Assembly: GCA_965203355.1 (NCBI GenBank)
Contig: OZ241889.1
Coordinates: 704,001 to 768,000 of the forward strand
Length of the DNA stretch: 64,000 nucleotides
Origin: Candidatus Latescibacterota bacterium
GTDB lineage: Bacteria > Latescibacterota > UBA2968 > UBA8231
Reading direction: 5' to 3'
This document shows positions 38,103 through 47,759 of this stretch, in pieces. The position numbers were made by a program, and so were the translations under genes. Each line of letters starts with the position of its first letter. Within the stretch, counting starts at the first letter, position 1. Under the pieces are notes generated by a model. That model had not been told where the DNA came from. It was given only the letters and a program-made list of their open reading frames with translations, and searched no databases.

Positions 38103-39404
38103 TTAAGATGACAAGCGCCAGAAGCGACGCACGGGGGTTTGCTCGCGGTAACCGGCCAGCCGAGTGCTGAGCAGCCAAGCCGCAACAAATGCGAGTTGGA
38201 CCGCACATAGATAGAAAAGCGGCCCCCGCGGACCAAGCAGCGCAGCAGACCATTGGAAACAAGCCCCCCCGACGATGCCGCCGACAAAACCGCCCAGCGC
38301 CGAAGCGTACATCGCCAAGGAGAATCCCTCGGCTTGGTGTTCTTTGGAAACGGCGTCGATCATCGCCCGCGATTGTCCCATCTGATAGCCGCCGTCCAGC
38401 ACCCCCCAGAGCAGGTAAACGCTCCCCGCCCAAAGTGCAATCCACGGGAATTGTGTCGGCAGAAAAAGCCACGCGGGTGCCAGGGCCGCTTGCAGCAACA
38501 GGGTGATGGTCAGCGGTCCGCGGGGGCCGTGCCGGTCGACCATCCGCCCCCAGCCATGCAGCCCGATCACATAGCCGAGGGCTTGTACTGGCGTCATCCA
38601 GACGAAGTAGCTAACAGGCAGCCCCCCGTCCGTGAGTGCCACGACCCACAGTGGGAAGGTGGCCGCTAGCACGGCCGTGCGGGCCATAATGAAGAGCGAG
38701 TAAGCGCGGATCGGGGGCGCGGCTAATGCTTGGCGCAAGCGGCGAACTAGACCTTGGCCGGGCGGGGCCAGCGGTTGCTCCGCTACTGCGCGCACCAGGA
38801 AGGCTCCACCGCAGGTGGAGAAAACCGCCAGAGCGAAGAGCGGACCGAAGTCGTCGGCTGTGGGTTGAGAGCCGAGATACCAGCCGATCAGGATGGGCAA
38901 GACGAGTTCGAGCAGACGCTGCTGAAGGCGCATGCGCGTGAGAAAGGCACCGACCCCGCTGCTAGCGGTGTTGTCTTGGACTAGGGGCCACCAAGTGGTG
39001 TTGCCCGCTTGCTGCGCGATACCACGTGCGCTAAACAGGGCTAGGCCGATCCAAGCAGCCCAAACCCCGTTCGCGCCATAGAACGCCAACAGTGCCAGTG
39101 CCAGCCCGGCCGGCAACGAACAAAGCCTACCCCAAAAGAAGAGCCCGGCCTTCCCGGTGCGGGGCATGAGTTGCAACCCGACGACCCGCCCCATCTTCTG
39201 GAGATACTCGCTGGTGGCGACTAAGCCGATGAGAAAAGGCGAAGCATTGAGCGAGAGAAGAAAGAGGGGGACGATGGACGTGAGGAGAGCGTTGTTGATC
39301 GAGCCGCTAACGGCGATGCCGATCAGCCGCGACTGGCTGCGGCGACGAGCGGCGGGGGAAAGTCTGTGAGTGGAGCTTACCGTGTCGCTTGGGGTGTCGG
39401 GCAT
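38103..39404 (-). CDS. MFS transporter
   Basis: About 12 hydrophobic segments; WGRMVDRHGPR motif-A-like. Confidence 0.85.
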   Translation of the reverse strand: MPDTPSDTVSSTHRLSPAARRRSQSRLIGIAVSGSINNALLTSIVPLFLLSLNASPFLIGLVATSEYLQKMGRVVGLQLMPRTGKAGLFFWGRLCSLPAGLALALLAFYGANGVWAAWIGLALFSARGIAQQAGNTTWWPLVQDNTASSGVGAFLTRMRLQQRLLELVLPILIGWYLGSQPTADDFGPLFALAVFSTCGGAFLVRAVAEQPLAPPGQGLVRRLRQALAAPPIRAYSLFIMARTAVLAATFPLWVVALTDGGLPVSYFVWMTPVQALGYVIGLHGWGRMVDRHGPRGPLTITLLLQAALAPAWLFLPTQFPWIALWAGSVYLLWGVLDGGYQMGQSRAMIDAVSKEHQAEGFSLAMYASALGGFVGGIVGGACFQWSAALLGPRGPLFYLCAVQLAFVAAWLLSTRLAGYREQTPVRRFWRLSS

Positions 39405-39459
39405 AAATAACAAGAAAAGATCGGCAGTACGTCCGGGCAAATGGACCTACAGCCTACGA

Positions 39460-39833
39460 TCATGGCTTGTGCGACCTAAATGGGCGTCGGCGCGGTGCTC
39501 GGCGAGCCAGCGCAAGGCGCGTTCGGTGCAGCGGGCGTCGAATCGCCCGCGCCCGCTCGTCCAAGCTCGCCGGGTTTGTCGCGCAAGGGCGGTCGAGCGC
39601 GGATGCGGCCGACGCCATCGGCCCCGTGCAACGGCTCAATTTCCTCGGTAAATCCGTGGTCTGTGAAGTGCAGCTTACCGATCCTGTTCGCGCAGGCACT
39701 GATGCTAGGAGACGGGTGCGCCAGCGCCCAGTAGCGGCCAGTCCTCGCGTGCGGCCAAGGCGTCCCTAGCAGCCGCTGGCGATCCGGTGGTGTGCTGGTC
39801 GGCCAAGATGAAGCGGAAGTTGCGCGGCTTCAC
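39460..39833 (-). pseudogene. Degraded sulfatase (multiple deletions/frameshifts)
   Basis: GTG overlaps the upstream sulfatase TGA; fragments VKPRNFRFILADQH, TGRY and IGKLHF-TDHGFTEEIEPLH are sulfatase motifs compressed into about 370 bp. Confidence 0.7.
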
Positions 39834-41308
39834 GGTGCCCCAACGACTTTGTCTGAGCGGATCTGGGGCGGCACCGGATAGTGCAGGCCGCGTTGACCCG
39901 AGAGGTCGAGATTGGGGCGGGGTGCCCACTGTTGGTCGGGCAAGCCGACGAGTTGACCACCTTTAACCCAGGCTTCGTCGCCGCCGTAGAGTTCGTCGAC
40001 GAGGTGCTCGCTGAGCTGAGCTTGGATTGCGGCGTGGTCGGGCGAGCCAGCTAGGTCGTTCAGTTCGTTGGGATCGCTTTCGAGGTCGAAGAGTTGGACG
40101 CGGTTGCCCACTGGATAGTAGATCAGTTTGTGTTGCCCGGCGCGGATCATGCGCGTGGCGGTCGGCCCTTCGCCGCATTCGCCGTAGAGATAACTGCGCC
40201 GTTGTGCGCCGACCATCGACAGCCCCTCGACGGTGTCGGGAATGTCGATGCCCGCGAGGTCGAGTAAGGTCGGCATGACGTCCTGCCAGCCGACGAGCCG
40301 GTCGTCGATCGCATGGTGCGGTACGCGTCCATCCCGGCCTCCGAGCAAGATCATCGGCACATTGGCTGACGGCTCGTGGTAGAGCCGCTTGGCCCAGAGG
40401 CCGTGGTTGCCGAGCATGTCGCCGTGGTCGGCTGTGAAGCAAATGATGGTATTGTCGATCAGCCCCTCCTCGCGCAAGGTGCCGACGACCACGCGAAGCT
40501 GGTGATCAATCTGGGTGCAAAGCGCGTAGAAGGCGCGGCGAATGCGCAAGACTTCCGGCCCCTTGAGGTGGGCGTTGGCCCCCTGATTGACTTTGAGCGC
40601 GTAGGGCAGATCGCCAAAGTCGCGTGCCCAAGCACCGCAGTGCGGCGCGGCGATGTCGATGTCGCGGTAGAGGTCGAGATAGCTCTGCAAGGGCACCAGC
40701 GGCGGATGCGGATGGCGGAAGGACAGGTACCAGAAGCCGGGCCGGGCCGGATTGCGCCGCTTAATCATCCGGCTCATTTGGCGCGCCGCCCAAGTGGTGG
40801 GGTGGCAGTCTTCGGGCAAGTGATAGGGGCGGAAGGCGTATTCGTTGTTGCTCATGCCGTGGGCAAAGCCCATGCCCGCATGGCCTTGGTCGGTGAGGAA
40901 GATCTCGTAGTCGTCAACCGCGCCCAAATGCGGCCGGCCCTCTTCGTCGAGGATCACGTCGTCAAAGCCAATGCGATCGCGCTGGGGATAGACGTGGAGC
41001 TTGCCAACGGCATAGGCTTGGTAGCCGGCGTTGCGGAAGGTCTGCGCCACGGTCGGTAGGTCGGGCATGGGGGCGGTTGTTTTGAAGACCCGGTCGCCGT
41101 GGGTGCGCGGCGAAGTGCCCGTCATCAGGGTGCGGCGAGCCGGGATGCAGACCGGGCACTCGCTATAAGCGTTGACAAAGCGGGTGCCGCTGCGGGCAAG
41201 TGCGTCGAGGGTGGGAGTAAGAATGGCGGGATGGTTGGCTTCGCCCAAGAGAGAAGCGGACCAATGGTCGGTGGAAATCAGGAGGACGTGCGGTCTGTCG
41301 TGTGCCAT
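39830..41308 (-). CDS. Cys-type sulfatase
   Basis: HVLLISTDHW, CIPARRTLMTG (CxPxR), VGKLH, ADHGDMLG; RBS GAGGAG. Confidence 0.94.
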   Translation of the reverse strand: MAHDRPHVLLISTDHWSASLLGEANHPAILTPTLDALARSGTRFVNAYSECPVCIPARRTLMTGTSPRTHGDRVFKTTAPMPDLPTVAQTFRNAGYQAYAVGKLHVYPQRDRIGFDDVILDEEGRPHLGAVDDYEIFLTDQGHAGMGFAHGMSNNEYAFRPYHLPEDCHPTTWAARQMSRMIKRRNPARPGFWYLSFRHPHPPLVPLQSYLDLYRDIDIAAPHCGAWARDFGDLPYALKVNQGANAHLKGPEVLRIRRAFYALCTQIDHQLRVVVGTLREEGLIDNTIICFTADHGDMLGNHGLWAKRLYHEPSANVPMILLGGRDGRVPHHAIDDRLVGWQDVMPTLLDLAGIDIPDTVEGLSMVGAQRRSYLYGECGEGPTATRMIRAGQHKLIYYPVGNRVQLFDLESDPNELNDLAGSPDHAAIQAQLSEHLVDELYGGDEAWVKGGQLVGLPDQQWAPRPNLDLSGQRGLHYPVPPQIRSDKVVGAP

Positions 41309-41524
41309 CGGCTCCTCTTGTGTAGCAAAGACCAGACCCGGCAGATGCGTGGTCGGTGGCCCCGAGCTAAGGGTAAAGCTGCCATAACCGGCGGCAAGGA
41401 CCTTTCTCATTGGCAAATAAAACGCAATTTGTTCCTGGTCTCAAGGGCGGTGGACAGGATGGGCACAAGTGGGGTTGTGAGCAGGTGTCCCTAAGTATAT
41501 CTTGGGCGCAAAAGGAGGAGGTTT

Positions 41525-41839
41525 ATGCAATCAAACGAAACCATTTCGCCAGAGGTGGGGACGCAGTTGCTCTTTGAGAATGAGCGGGTGCGGGTTTGGG
41601 ATTTGCGGTTGGCTCCGGGCGAGAGCACGGGCCTGCATCGGCACGAGCACGACTACTTATACGTAGTTATTGGCGATGGCCGATTGCAGGCAGCCGATGC
41701 AGAGGGAAACCGCAGGGAGGCTAGTGAAATGAAGGATGGGGACGTGCGGTTTAGCGAAATTGAAGGGGAGGCAGTACACGAAGCGTTTAACGTCGGCGCT
41801 GGGCCGTGGCGGAATATCGTCGTCGAATTGAAGGACTGA
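41525..41839 (+). CDS. Cupin domain protein
   Basis: ENERVRVWDLRLAPGES..LHRHEHDY; HEAFNVG; strong RBS. Confidence 0.88.
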   Translation: MQSNETISPEVGTQLLFENERVRVWDLRLAPGESTGLHRHEHDYLYVVIGDGRLQAADAEGNRREASEMKDGDVRFSEIEGEAVHEAFNVGAGPWRNIVVELKD

Positions 41840-41863
41840 AGCCGACCAACTCAAGGAGCGAAG

Positions 41864-42295
41864 ATGATCCTAAGAAAACTTTTGTTTGGTCCACCCCCCT
41901 CGGCCGGCATGGGCAATTCACTGGGGCTGCTGCTGTTGCGGGCGTCCGTTGGCGGCATGATGTTGCTCGGCCACGGCTGGGGAAAATTGACCAGCTTTGC
42001 GGAGCGTTCCTCCTCGTTTCCCGACCCCTTGGGCGTTGGCTCATCGCTGAGCATGGCCTTGGCCACCGGTGCCGAGGCGTTTTGCGCCCTAGCGGTGATT
42101 TTGGGATTCGCCACCCGCTGGGCTACCGTGCCGCTCATGGTCACCATGCTAGTGGCCGCGCTTATCGTACACGGGGCCGACCCGTGGGCGAAAAAGGAGT
42201 TCGCGCTGTTGTACTTTTTCCCCTTTGCCGCGCTGTTTCTAACAGGCGCGGGGCACTATTCTCTCGACGCCTTGTTGCGGCGCGGGGCGCGTTAA
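41864..42295 (+). CDS. DoxX family membrane protein
   Basis: LLLLR, HGWGKL, FPDPLG, GAGHYSLD. Confidence 0.9.
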   Translation: MILRKLLFGPPPSAGMGNSLGLLLLRASVGGMMLLGHGWGKLTSFAERSSSFPDPLGVGSSLSMALATGAEAFCALAVILGFATRWATVPLMVTMLVAALIVHGADPWAKKEFALLYFFPFAALFLTGAGHYSLDALLRRGAR

Positions 42296-43467
42296 AGAAT
42301 GTCGGGCGACTGCGGATCGACGCAGGCCCCGCTCGGCCGCGCACCTAGGGGACGCTGCGGCATCTGGTCGTAAGACTGGTAGGCGATGTCTAAGTAAGGC
42401 GTCTCGACGCGGCGGTGCCCTTCGTAGCGCGAGTTCATCGCCGCGTCGATAACGCCGGTCGTCAGCAAGGTGCGCTCGGGCGGATATGGGGCCTGTCCGG
42501 TTTTGAAAAACTCTTGGATGTTGCGGCATAGATAGCCGAAATGGGCAAATGGCCCCTCGTTCTGCAAGTAGAACTCTGTGGCCTGCACCTGATCTCCCAC
42601 TCGCGCGGCATAGGCGAAGTCGCTGACATAGCGGTTGAGCATCAACGTCGCCGTGCGCAAGCCGTCGCCGTGCTCCATAAGAAAAACGGCCGGCTTTTTG
42701 CAATGTGCCTCCATCCGTCCATCCGGCTTTTTGGCAATGGCAGCGCAAGCGGCCTCGGCCAATTCCCCAGACCACAGCCCCTCGTCGCGGGCGCGCCACA
42801 CGTCATCTCCTTCGAGGCACTGCACCCACACCACTCCCTGCTCGCCGCCGCACCGCCGCTCAACCATGCACTGCAAAGTCTCTAGCGCGTGGTATCCGTA
42901 TGCTTCGATGCCGCCGTAGCCGATGGCCAGCGCTTCCTCAATGGGCGTCTCCTTGGGATGCTCCAGCCAAGGCGCGCGCCAAGCCAAGGGCAGCGACGAC
43001 CCGGCCATCAGCGGAATGGTCAGTTCTTCTGCCCGATCCCACATCCACTGAGCGTCCCCAAAGTCATACGCCAAATGCTTATCTGAAAATACGGGCACCG
43101 AGCGGCCGCTCTCGGCAAAGACGCCGGCGATTTGCTCAAAGAAATAGCGGCGCGGGTACATGTGGCGGCCCCGCTCGTTCCAAGGGTAGTCGCCGTGCTC
43201 GCCGATGAGCAGCACCGCATCTACGTTGAGCCGGTCGGCACCAGCGTGTAGGGCGCGGCGGATGCTGGGATAGATGGGGACCCCGTACTCTTGGGCCAAG
43301 CCCACGCCGATATCGTTTTCCAGCACGTGGTCGATGTACAAGGATACTAGGTCCACTTCCGGGGGCATCAAGCCCTCGTCCGTGGACATGCCCTTCATAA
43401 ACTTGGTGGCAATGACGTCGGCATGGGATTTGGGATAGTAGATGGTGGCGATGGCGGCTACTCTCAT
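42292..43467 (-). CDS. Hypothetical protein, distant Gfo/Idh/MocA-like oxidoreductase
   Basis: SHADVI, VDAVLLIGEHGDYP, VFSDKHL, YGYHALE; RBS AGGAG. Confidence 0.75.
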   Translation of the reverse strand: MRVAAIATIYYPKSHADVIATKFMKGMSTDEGLMPPEVDLVSLYIDHVLENDIGVGLAQEYGVPIYPSIRRALHAGADRLNVDAVLLIGEHGDYPWNERGRHMYPRRYFFEQIAGVFAESGRSVPVFSDKHLAYDFGDAQWMWDRAEELTIPLMAGSSLPLAWRAPWLEHPKETPIEEALAIGYGGIEAYGYHALETLQCMVERRCGGEQGVVWVQCLEGDDVWRARDEGLWSGELAEAACAAIAKKPDGRMEAHCKKPAVFLMEHGDGLRTATLMLNRYVSDFAYAARVGDQVQATEFYLQNEGPFAHFGYLCRNIQEFFKTGQAPYPPERTLLTTGVIDAAMNSRYEGHRRVETPYLDIAYQSYDQMPQRPLGARPSGACVDPQSPDIL

Positions 43468-43649
43468 GGTAAAGCTCCTATAGAGAAGACGGCACGTACT
43501 GCTGTGTGCCGCAGCCAGTGAAAAAGTGAGTTCATGGCGGTCCTTAGTTTTTAGCTGTCGAATGCGACGCGGCGTTTCGCAACCCCTCTAGGCGGCGAAG
43601 AGTCCATCTTTCCGATTTTACCATTGGGCCTTGCTGGAGACTTATTGTA

Positions 43650-43682
43650 TAGGTATATAAACTATATTAGCTAATATACCTA
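43650..43682. promoter_or_regulatory. Palindromic operator upstream of the Phd-like/MTase operon
   Basis: Perfect 16-bp palindrome TATATTAGCTAATATA (43663-43678), overlapping the 9-bp inverted repeat TAGGTATAT (43650-58)/ATATACCTA (43674-82); ends 20 nt before the ATG. Confidence 0.75.
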
Positions 43683-43702
43683 AATCAAGAGGTGCCTACT
43701 CT

Positions 43703-43972
43703 ATGGAAACAAAAGTCATAGCTTCGACCAAAGCTCAAAATAACTTTGGTCAGGTAATAGACTCAGTGGTCCATAATCGGACTAGATATATTGTCAAACG
43801 ACGCAATGTATCTCAAGCAATCATAATGAGTTTAGCGGATTTTAATCAGTTGTTGGCAAACTCGTCTGAAAGACAGAAGATGAGCGATATGATCGGCGAA
43901 CTAGCACCCGTTTACAGTCTCGGCGAAACAATAGGCTCTCCTGTTGAAGACAAGGCTAAAGTCCAAGATTGA
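43703..43972 (+). CDS. Phd/YefM antitoxin-fold protein (no adjacent toxin gene)
   Basis: IASTKAQNNFGQVIDSV...YIVKRRNVSQAIIMSLADF fits the Phd N-terminal DNA-binding pattern; RBS AGAGG. Confidence 0.82.
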   Translation: METKVIASTKAQNNFGQVIDSVVHNRTRYIVKRRNVSQAIIMSLADFNQLLANSSERQKMSDMIGELAPVYSLGETIGSPVEDKAKVQD

Positions 43973-43985
43973 GAAAGGTATAGAG

Positions 43986-45302
43986 ATGGTATACGCAGTG
44001 CAAACTAAAGCTGGAGAAGAATTAAATCGAATTTACGAGGAAGATCTGCCCGTCCACGAATGGTATCGGTTTGTTCTTTCTTATCCACCTCATTTGGTCC
44101 GCCGCTATATTGAAAGATTTGGTTTGACAAAACACCACTGGGTCTTGGACCCATTTTGTGGTACGGGAACAACCTTAGTGGAGTGCAAGAAGAATGGTAT
44201 TCCCAGTGCCGGCTTAGAGGCCAATCCTGTGGTGCAGTTCTTTGCTCAAACGAAGGTTGCGTGGGATATAGATCCCGATAAGCTCGTTAAACATGCTAAA
44301 AGTATTGCTAAAGAAGTAGAAGCTGAACTAGAAAAAGGAGGCATCGAAGACGATCCTATTTTCAAGCCTGTTGTTAATAACACAAAAATAAATCTTAAAC
44401 CTTTAGAGCCTCAATTAGAATCACTTCTCATCAAAAACTCCATAAGCCCGAAACCACTCCATAAAGCTCTTACACTTATAAATAACTTAAATAAAAATTT
44501 ATATGAGCATCTAATCGCACATGAAAGGTTAGCGTTTGCTAAACAGCTAGTTTATAGTATCAGTAACTTGCGTTTTGGTCCAGAAGTTGGAGTTGGAAAG
44601 CCGAAAGAAGATGCTCCGGTCATCACACCTTGGTTAAAAGGCATAAAAGACATGGCTAATGATTTATGCCATACCCAGATCAAGTGCCATAAAGATGTAC
44701 CGTCGCTAGTAAAACTTACGGACGCACGTAGCGTAGATCCCTGCTTAGAGCCGTTGATGTTTGATGCCGTTATAACCTCACCTCCATATCCCAATGAAAA
44801 AGATTATACGAGAACGACTCGCCTTGAATCTGTTTTACTTGGTTATATAAATAATCGCGCCGATCTGCGTCGCCAAAAGCAGAAATTGCTTCGATCCAAT
44901 AGTCGAGCAGTATATAAAGCAGATACAGACGAGAGCTGGGTTGAGGATAACGAACGCATACAAGAGTTGGCGGCTCGGATAGAGGCTCGTCGGATAGAGC
45001 TAGGAAAAACGTCAGGGTTTGAGAAACTCTATGCTCGAGTAGTGAGATTGTACTTTGGAGGCATGGCGCGCCACTTAGAGGAATTAAAACGAGTTTTAGC
45101 ACCAAGTGCTCAGCTTGCTTATGTCGTCGGAGATCAGGCGTCTTTTTTCAGGATTTTAATTCGGACGGGAGAGCTTTTAGCAAGTATAGCGGAAGGACTT
45201 GGCTATGAAGTAATGGACATTGATTTATTTCGTACGCGGTTCTCTACAGCGACGCAAGAGCATTTGCGCGAAGAGGTTGTTCTTTTGCGATGGAACAGTT
45301 AG
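43986..45302 (+). CDS. DNA methyltransferase, probable N4-cytosine, alpha-type motif order
   Basis: Motif I VLDPFCGTGTT near the N-terminus, catalytic VITSPPY later; AT-rich. Confidence 0.92.
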   Translation: MVYAVQTKAGEELNRIYEEDLPVHEWYRFVLSYPPHLVRRYIERFGLTKHHWVLDPFCGTGTTLVECKKNGIPSAGLEANPVVQFFAQTKVAWDIDPDKLVKHAKSIAKEVEAELEKGGIEDDPIFKPVVNNTKINLKPLEPQLESLLIKNSISPKPLHKALTLINNLNKNLYEHLIAHERLAFAKQLVYSISNLRFGPEVGVGKPKEDAPVITPWLKGIKDMANDLCHTQIKCHKDVPSLVKLTDARSVDPCLEPLMFDAVITSPPYPNEKDYTRTTRLESVLLGYINNRADLRRQKQKLLRSNSRAVYKADTDESWVEDNERIQELAARIEARRIELGKTSGFEKLYARVVRLYFGGMARHLEELKRVLAPSAQLAYVVGDQASFFRILIRTGELLASIAEGLGYEVMDIDLFRTRFSTATQEHLREEVVLLRWNS

Positions 45303-46118
45303 TTACCACTTCGGAGGCTTGGGAACCAATGTATATCGAGCTTTCTTTACAACCGAAGAGGCTACGAGTTTTGAGTTTAGCCGCAATAGATCGGTTGAGT
45401 AGCACTTGGGAAATTATGCGAGGAATATATCCCCATTGTCTTCGAGTTTCACTCCTAATGGAATTGTAAAGTCCATATCATCTTCCATAAGTCGTTGCAA
45501 CGTTGCAGCAGCTATCCCCACGATCTGATTTAGAGTGAGCACATCACTGCCCTTGGATTTTGCCTCACAGGGAATAGGTATTCGGTGATTCCCTTCTTTC
45601 ATTATGAAAAAGCAATCTAGTTCATGAGGCTGAACTTTTACCGGAGCTTGGACGCGCGTTACGGTTGTCTTGGGAACGCCAAAAAAGTCGTCGATAATTC
45701 CTCCATACTCTATAGCGGCTAACAGACCGCCTTCATCGGGACGCAGCAGGTCGAATATGTCAGGAGAGATTTCAATGCGAATGGGTTTAGCTGCTAAATC
45801 TGGGGGACAAGCTACGGAGATGACCCCGGCAGAAGGACCACTGTCTTGAAAAAATATACCCATTGAACCGCTGTGAGCTCCTTCGCGCAAAAAATAACCT
45901 GCTTGCTTAGCAGAAGGGCTTCTCGCGTCTGAGTTTCCCGACCGAGTAAGGTCTTTCACAAAGTTGTTCAGGTTCGATGGAACGTTCCCGCCTGTCGCGA
46001 TAATCGCATCTCTTATTTCTTCGCGTGTAAACGGTATTTCCGGTTGCGGATTGTCGAAGTCGTATTTCCGCTGAAATATATGTTCAAGTGCTGTGGGTTT
46101 ATCGTAATCGCTTCTCAT
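45303..46118 (-). pseudogene. Type II restriction endonuclease-like PD-(D/E)XK nuclease with premature TAA at 45414-45416
   Basis: DEGGLLAAIEY..IIDDF, HELDCFF, PCEAKS; frame continues 36 codons past the stop to a TAA (45303-45305) abutting the MTase stop. Confidence 0.72.
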
Positions 46119-46131
46119 AACTATATCTCCT

Positions 46132-47412
46132 TCAGACGGATGGCGGTTGCTTCGCCGTCGGCTTTTCCTCTGGCCCAAAAGAGGGCGGCGCGAAAACGGC
46201 CCGCCAGCCTAGCTGGTTTAGACGCAAGTAATAAGAGGCCGTCAGTATTCCCCACAAGGCATACGCAAGTGAAGTAGATAAGGCGGCACCCCGCAGCCCT
46301 AGCTTGGGGATCAACAATAGGTTCAAGGCCACGTTGGCCGCTAGCGCAACGCCCGGTGCCCACAGGGTCATAGAGGGATAGCCCTCGCCCATTAGCTTGG
46401 CGTTGAACACGGCCCCGAAGCCCAAAAACAACATGCCGGGCAGCAGCCAAACAAGCGGCTCGTAGGCGTCTGGATACAAGGGAAAGAAAACGCTCAGCAG
46501 TAGGCGTCCGCCGAAGATCAAGACAACCGCCGAAAGCATGGAAAAGACCAATATGCCTTGGCCCACGCCCAGAGAGAGCCGCGTGTCGTCTTGCCCGCGC
46601 ACTATCTTGGCGAGCAGGATGACCGAGGCAATGTTGGCGACGCGCTGCACCATGTCCGTAAAGTTCGTCGCCACTCCGTACACACCCACCGCCTTCTCAC
46701 CCAAAAAGTGCTCTATCAAGAAGAGGTCGCTCTTGAGCAGCAAAAACATGAGCACCAAGCAGACCTCGCCACGCGAACCAATGCGAAGCATTTGCCCGAG
46801 CGTACGGCGCCCTCCCCACCGGAAGCGGAATCCCCGGTACGAGAATAGGGTAAAAATCGCCAGGCCCGTTATCCCAACTGCTCCTACCCACACTCCCATC
46901 ACCCGTTCCAACTTGAGATGCCCTAGCTGGGAGATAACGATATTGCCGCCGAGATAGATGGCGATGAATACTACGGGCAGCAAGGCGTAGGGCTTGAGCC
47001 GATCTTCACCTAAAAAGACGGACAAACCCGCCCTTTGTAGCACGGTGAACGCAATGACGCAAACGCCCAACACCCATTGGACCAAGGTAATACTGGGCAC
47101 CAAGACCTTTGCGAGTGCCAAGCTAAAAGGGGCGGTCAGCAATAGGAGGGCACCCAAGACGAGGCAATACAACAAGGTGTGGTTGATCGCGGCCTCCCGC
47201 TCTCGCTCGCGTCCCACGACGTAAATGTTACCCTTGCTGAGCCACTCCCCGAAGAACAGGACGCCCAGCATGACGAGCGCAGTCCACAGCTTTAGGGTGC
47301 CATAGTGCTCCGGTCCTAGCTGATCGGCCAGCAGGACCGAGTTCACAAAGCCCAAGGAAAATACCAGGAAGGAGCAGGTTGTGTTGAGCGAAAAGCCGCG
47401 AAAAAAGTTCAT
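46132..47412 (-). CDS. Wzx/MOP-family polysaccharide flippase
   Basis: LADQLGPEHYG, DLFLIEHFLGEKAVGVY, NVALNLLLIPKLGLRGAALSTS. Confidence 0.88.
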   Translation of the reverse strand: MNFFRGFSLNTTCSFLVFSLGFVNSVLLADQLGPEHYGTLKLWTALVMLGVLFFGEWLSKGNIYVVGREREREAAINHTLLYCLVLGALLLLTAPFSLALAKVLVPSITLVQWVLGVCVIAFTVLQRAGLSVFLGEDRLKPYALLPVVFIAIYLGGNIVISQLGHLKLERVMGVWVGAVGITGLAIFTLFSYRGFRFRWGGRRTLGQMLRIGSRGEVCLVLMFLLLKSDLFLIEHFLGEKAVGVYGVATNFTDMVQRVANIASVILLAKIVRGQDDTRLSLGVGQGILVFSMLSAVVLIFGGRLLLSVFFPLYPDAYEPLVWLLPGMLFLGFGAVFNAKLMGEGYPSMTLWAPGVALAANVALNLLLIPKLGLRGAALSTSLAYALWGILTASYYLRLNQLGWRAVFAPPSFGPEEKPTAKQPPSV

Positions 47413-47499
47413 CGAAATGGCCGGAGGGAACTAAAGCGGCGGCGGAGATGTGTTCAAGTTCATAAGGGGCGATCTGTATGCGATGCCTCAAGAATCTAA

Positions 47500-47643
47500 G
47501 AAGCGTTTTTAAAATTCTCGTCGGACTACTTCAACGGGCGGTCGAGCGGTTCCTGGATCGGGCGTTTTCTGAGGGCGAGACTCCATTACTACTAGGCTTT
47601 TTGGGGGATCAAAAAACAATAAGAATAATTTTAAAAAGGCTTC
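47500..47643. mobile_element. 144-bp MITE with IS5-family-like ends
   Basis: 17-bp TIRs GAAGCGTTTTTAAAATT / AATTTTAAAAAGGCTTC (16 of 17 match), flanked by TAA on both sides (47497-99, 47644-46); no transposase. Confidence 0.82.
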
Positions 47644-47718
47644 TAAGGACCGGGCGAGAGCACCTGCGGTCGAAGGCGGCTAGGACTGCGGGGCGCAAGA
47701 GGATGCTTGCACAAGTTG

Positions 47719-47746
47719 AAAACCCCGCGCCTTTTCGACGCGGGGT
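47719..47746 (-). terminator. Rho-independent terminator after the cyclase-family gene
   Basis: Minus strand ACCCCGCG-TCGAAAAGG-CGCGGGGT followed by TTT. Confidence 0.65.
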
Positions 47747-47759
47747 CCTCCACTCCCAT

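Noticed and set aside
41411-41426. Possible sigma-54 promoter TGGCAAATAAAACGCA upstream of the cupin gene
   Set aside because: GG/GC spacing fits, but the conserved TT before GC and the CAC core are missing; too weak
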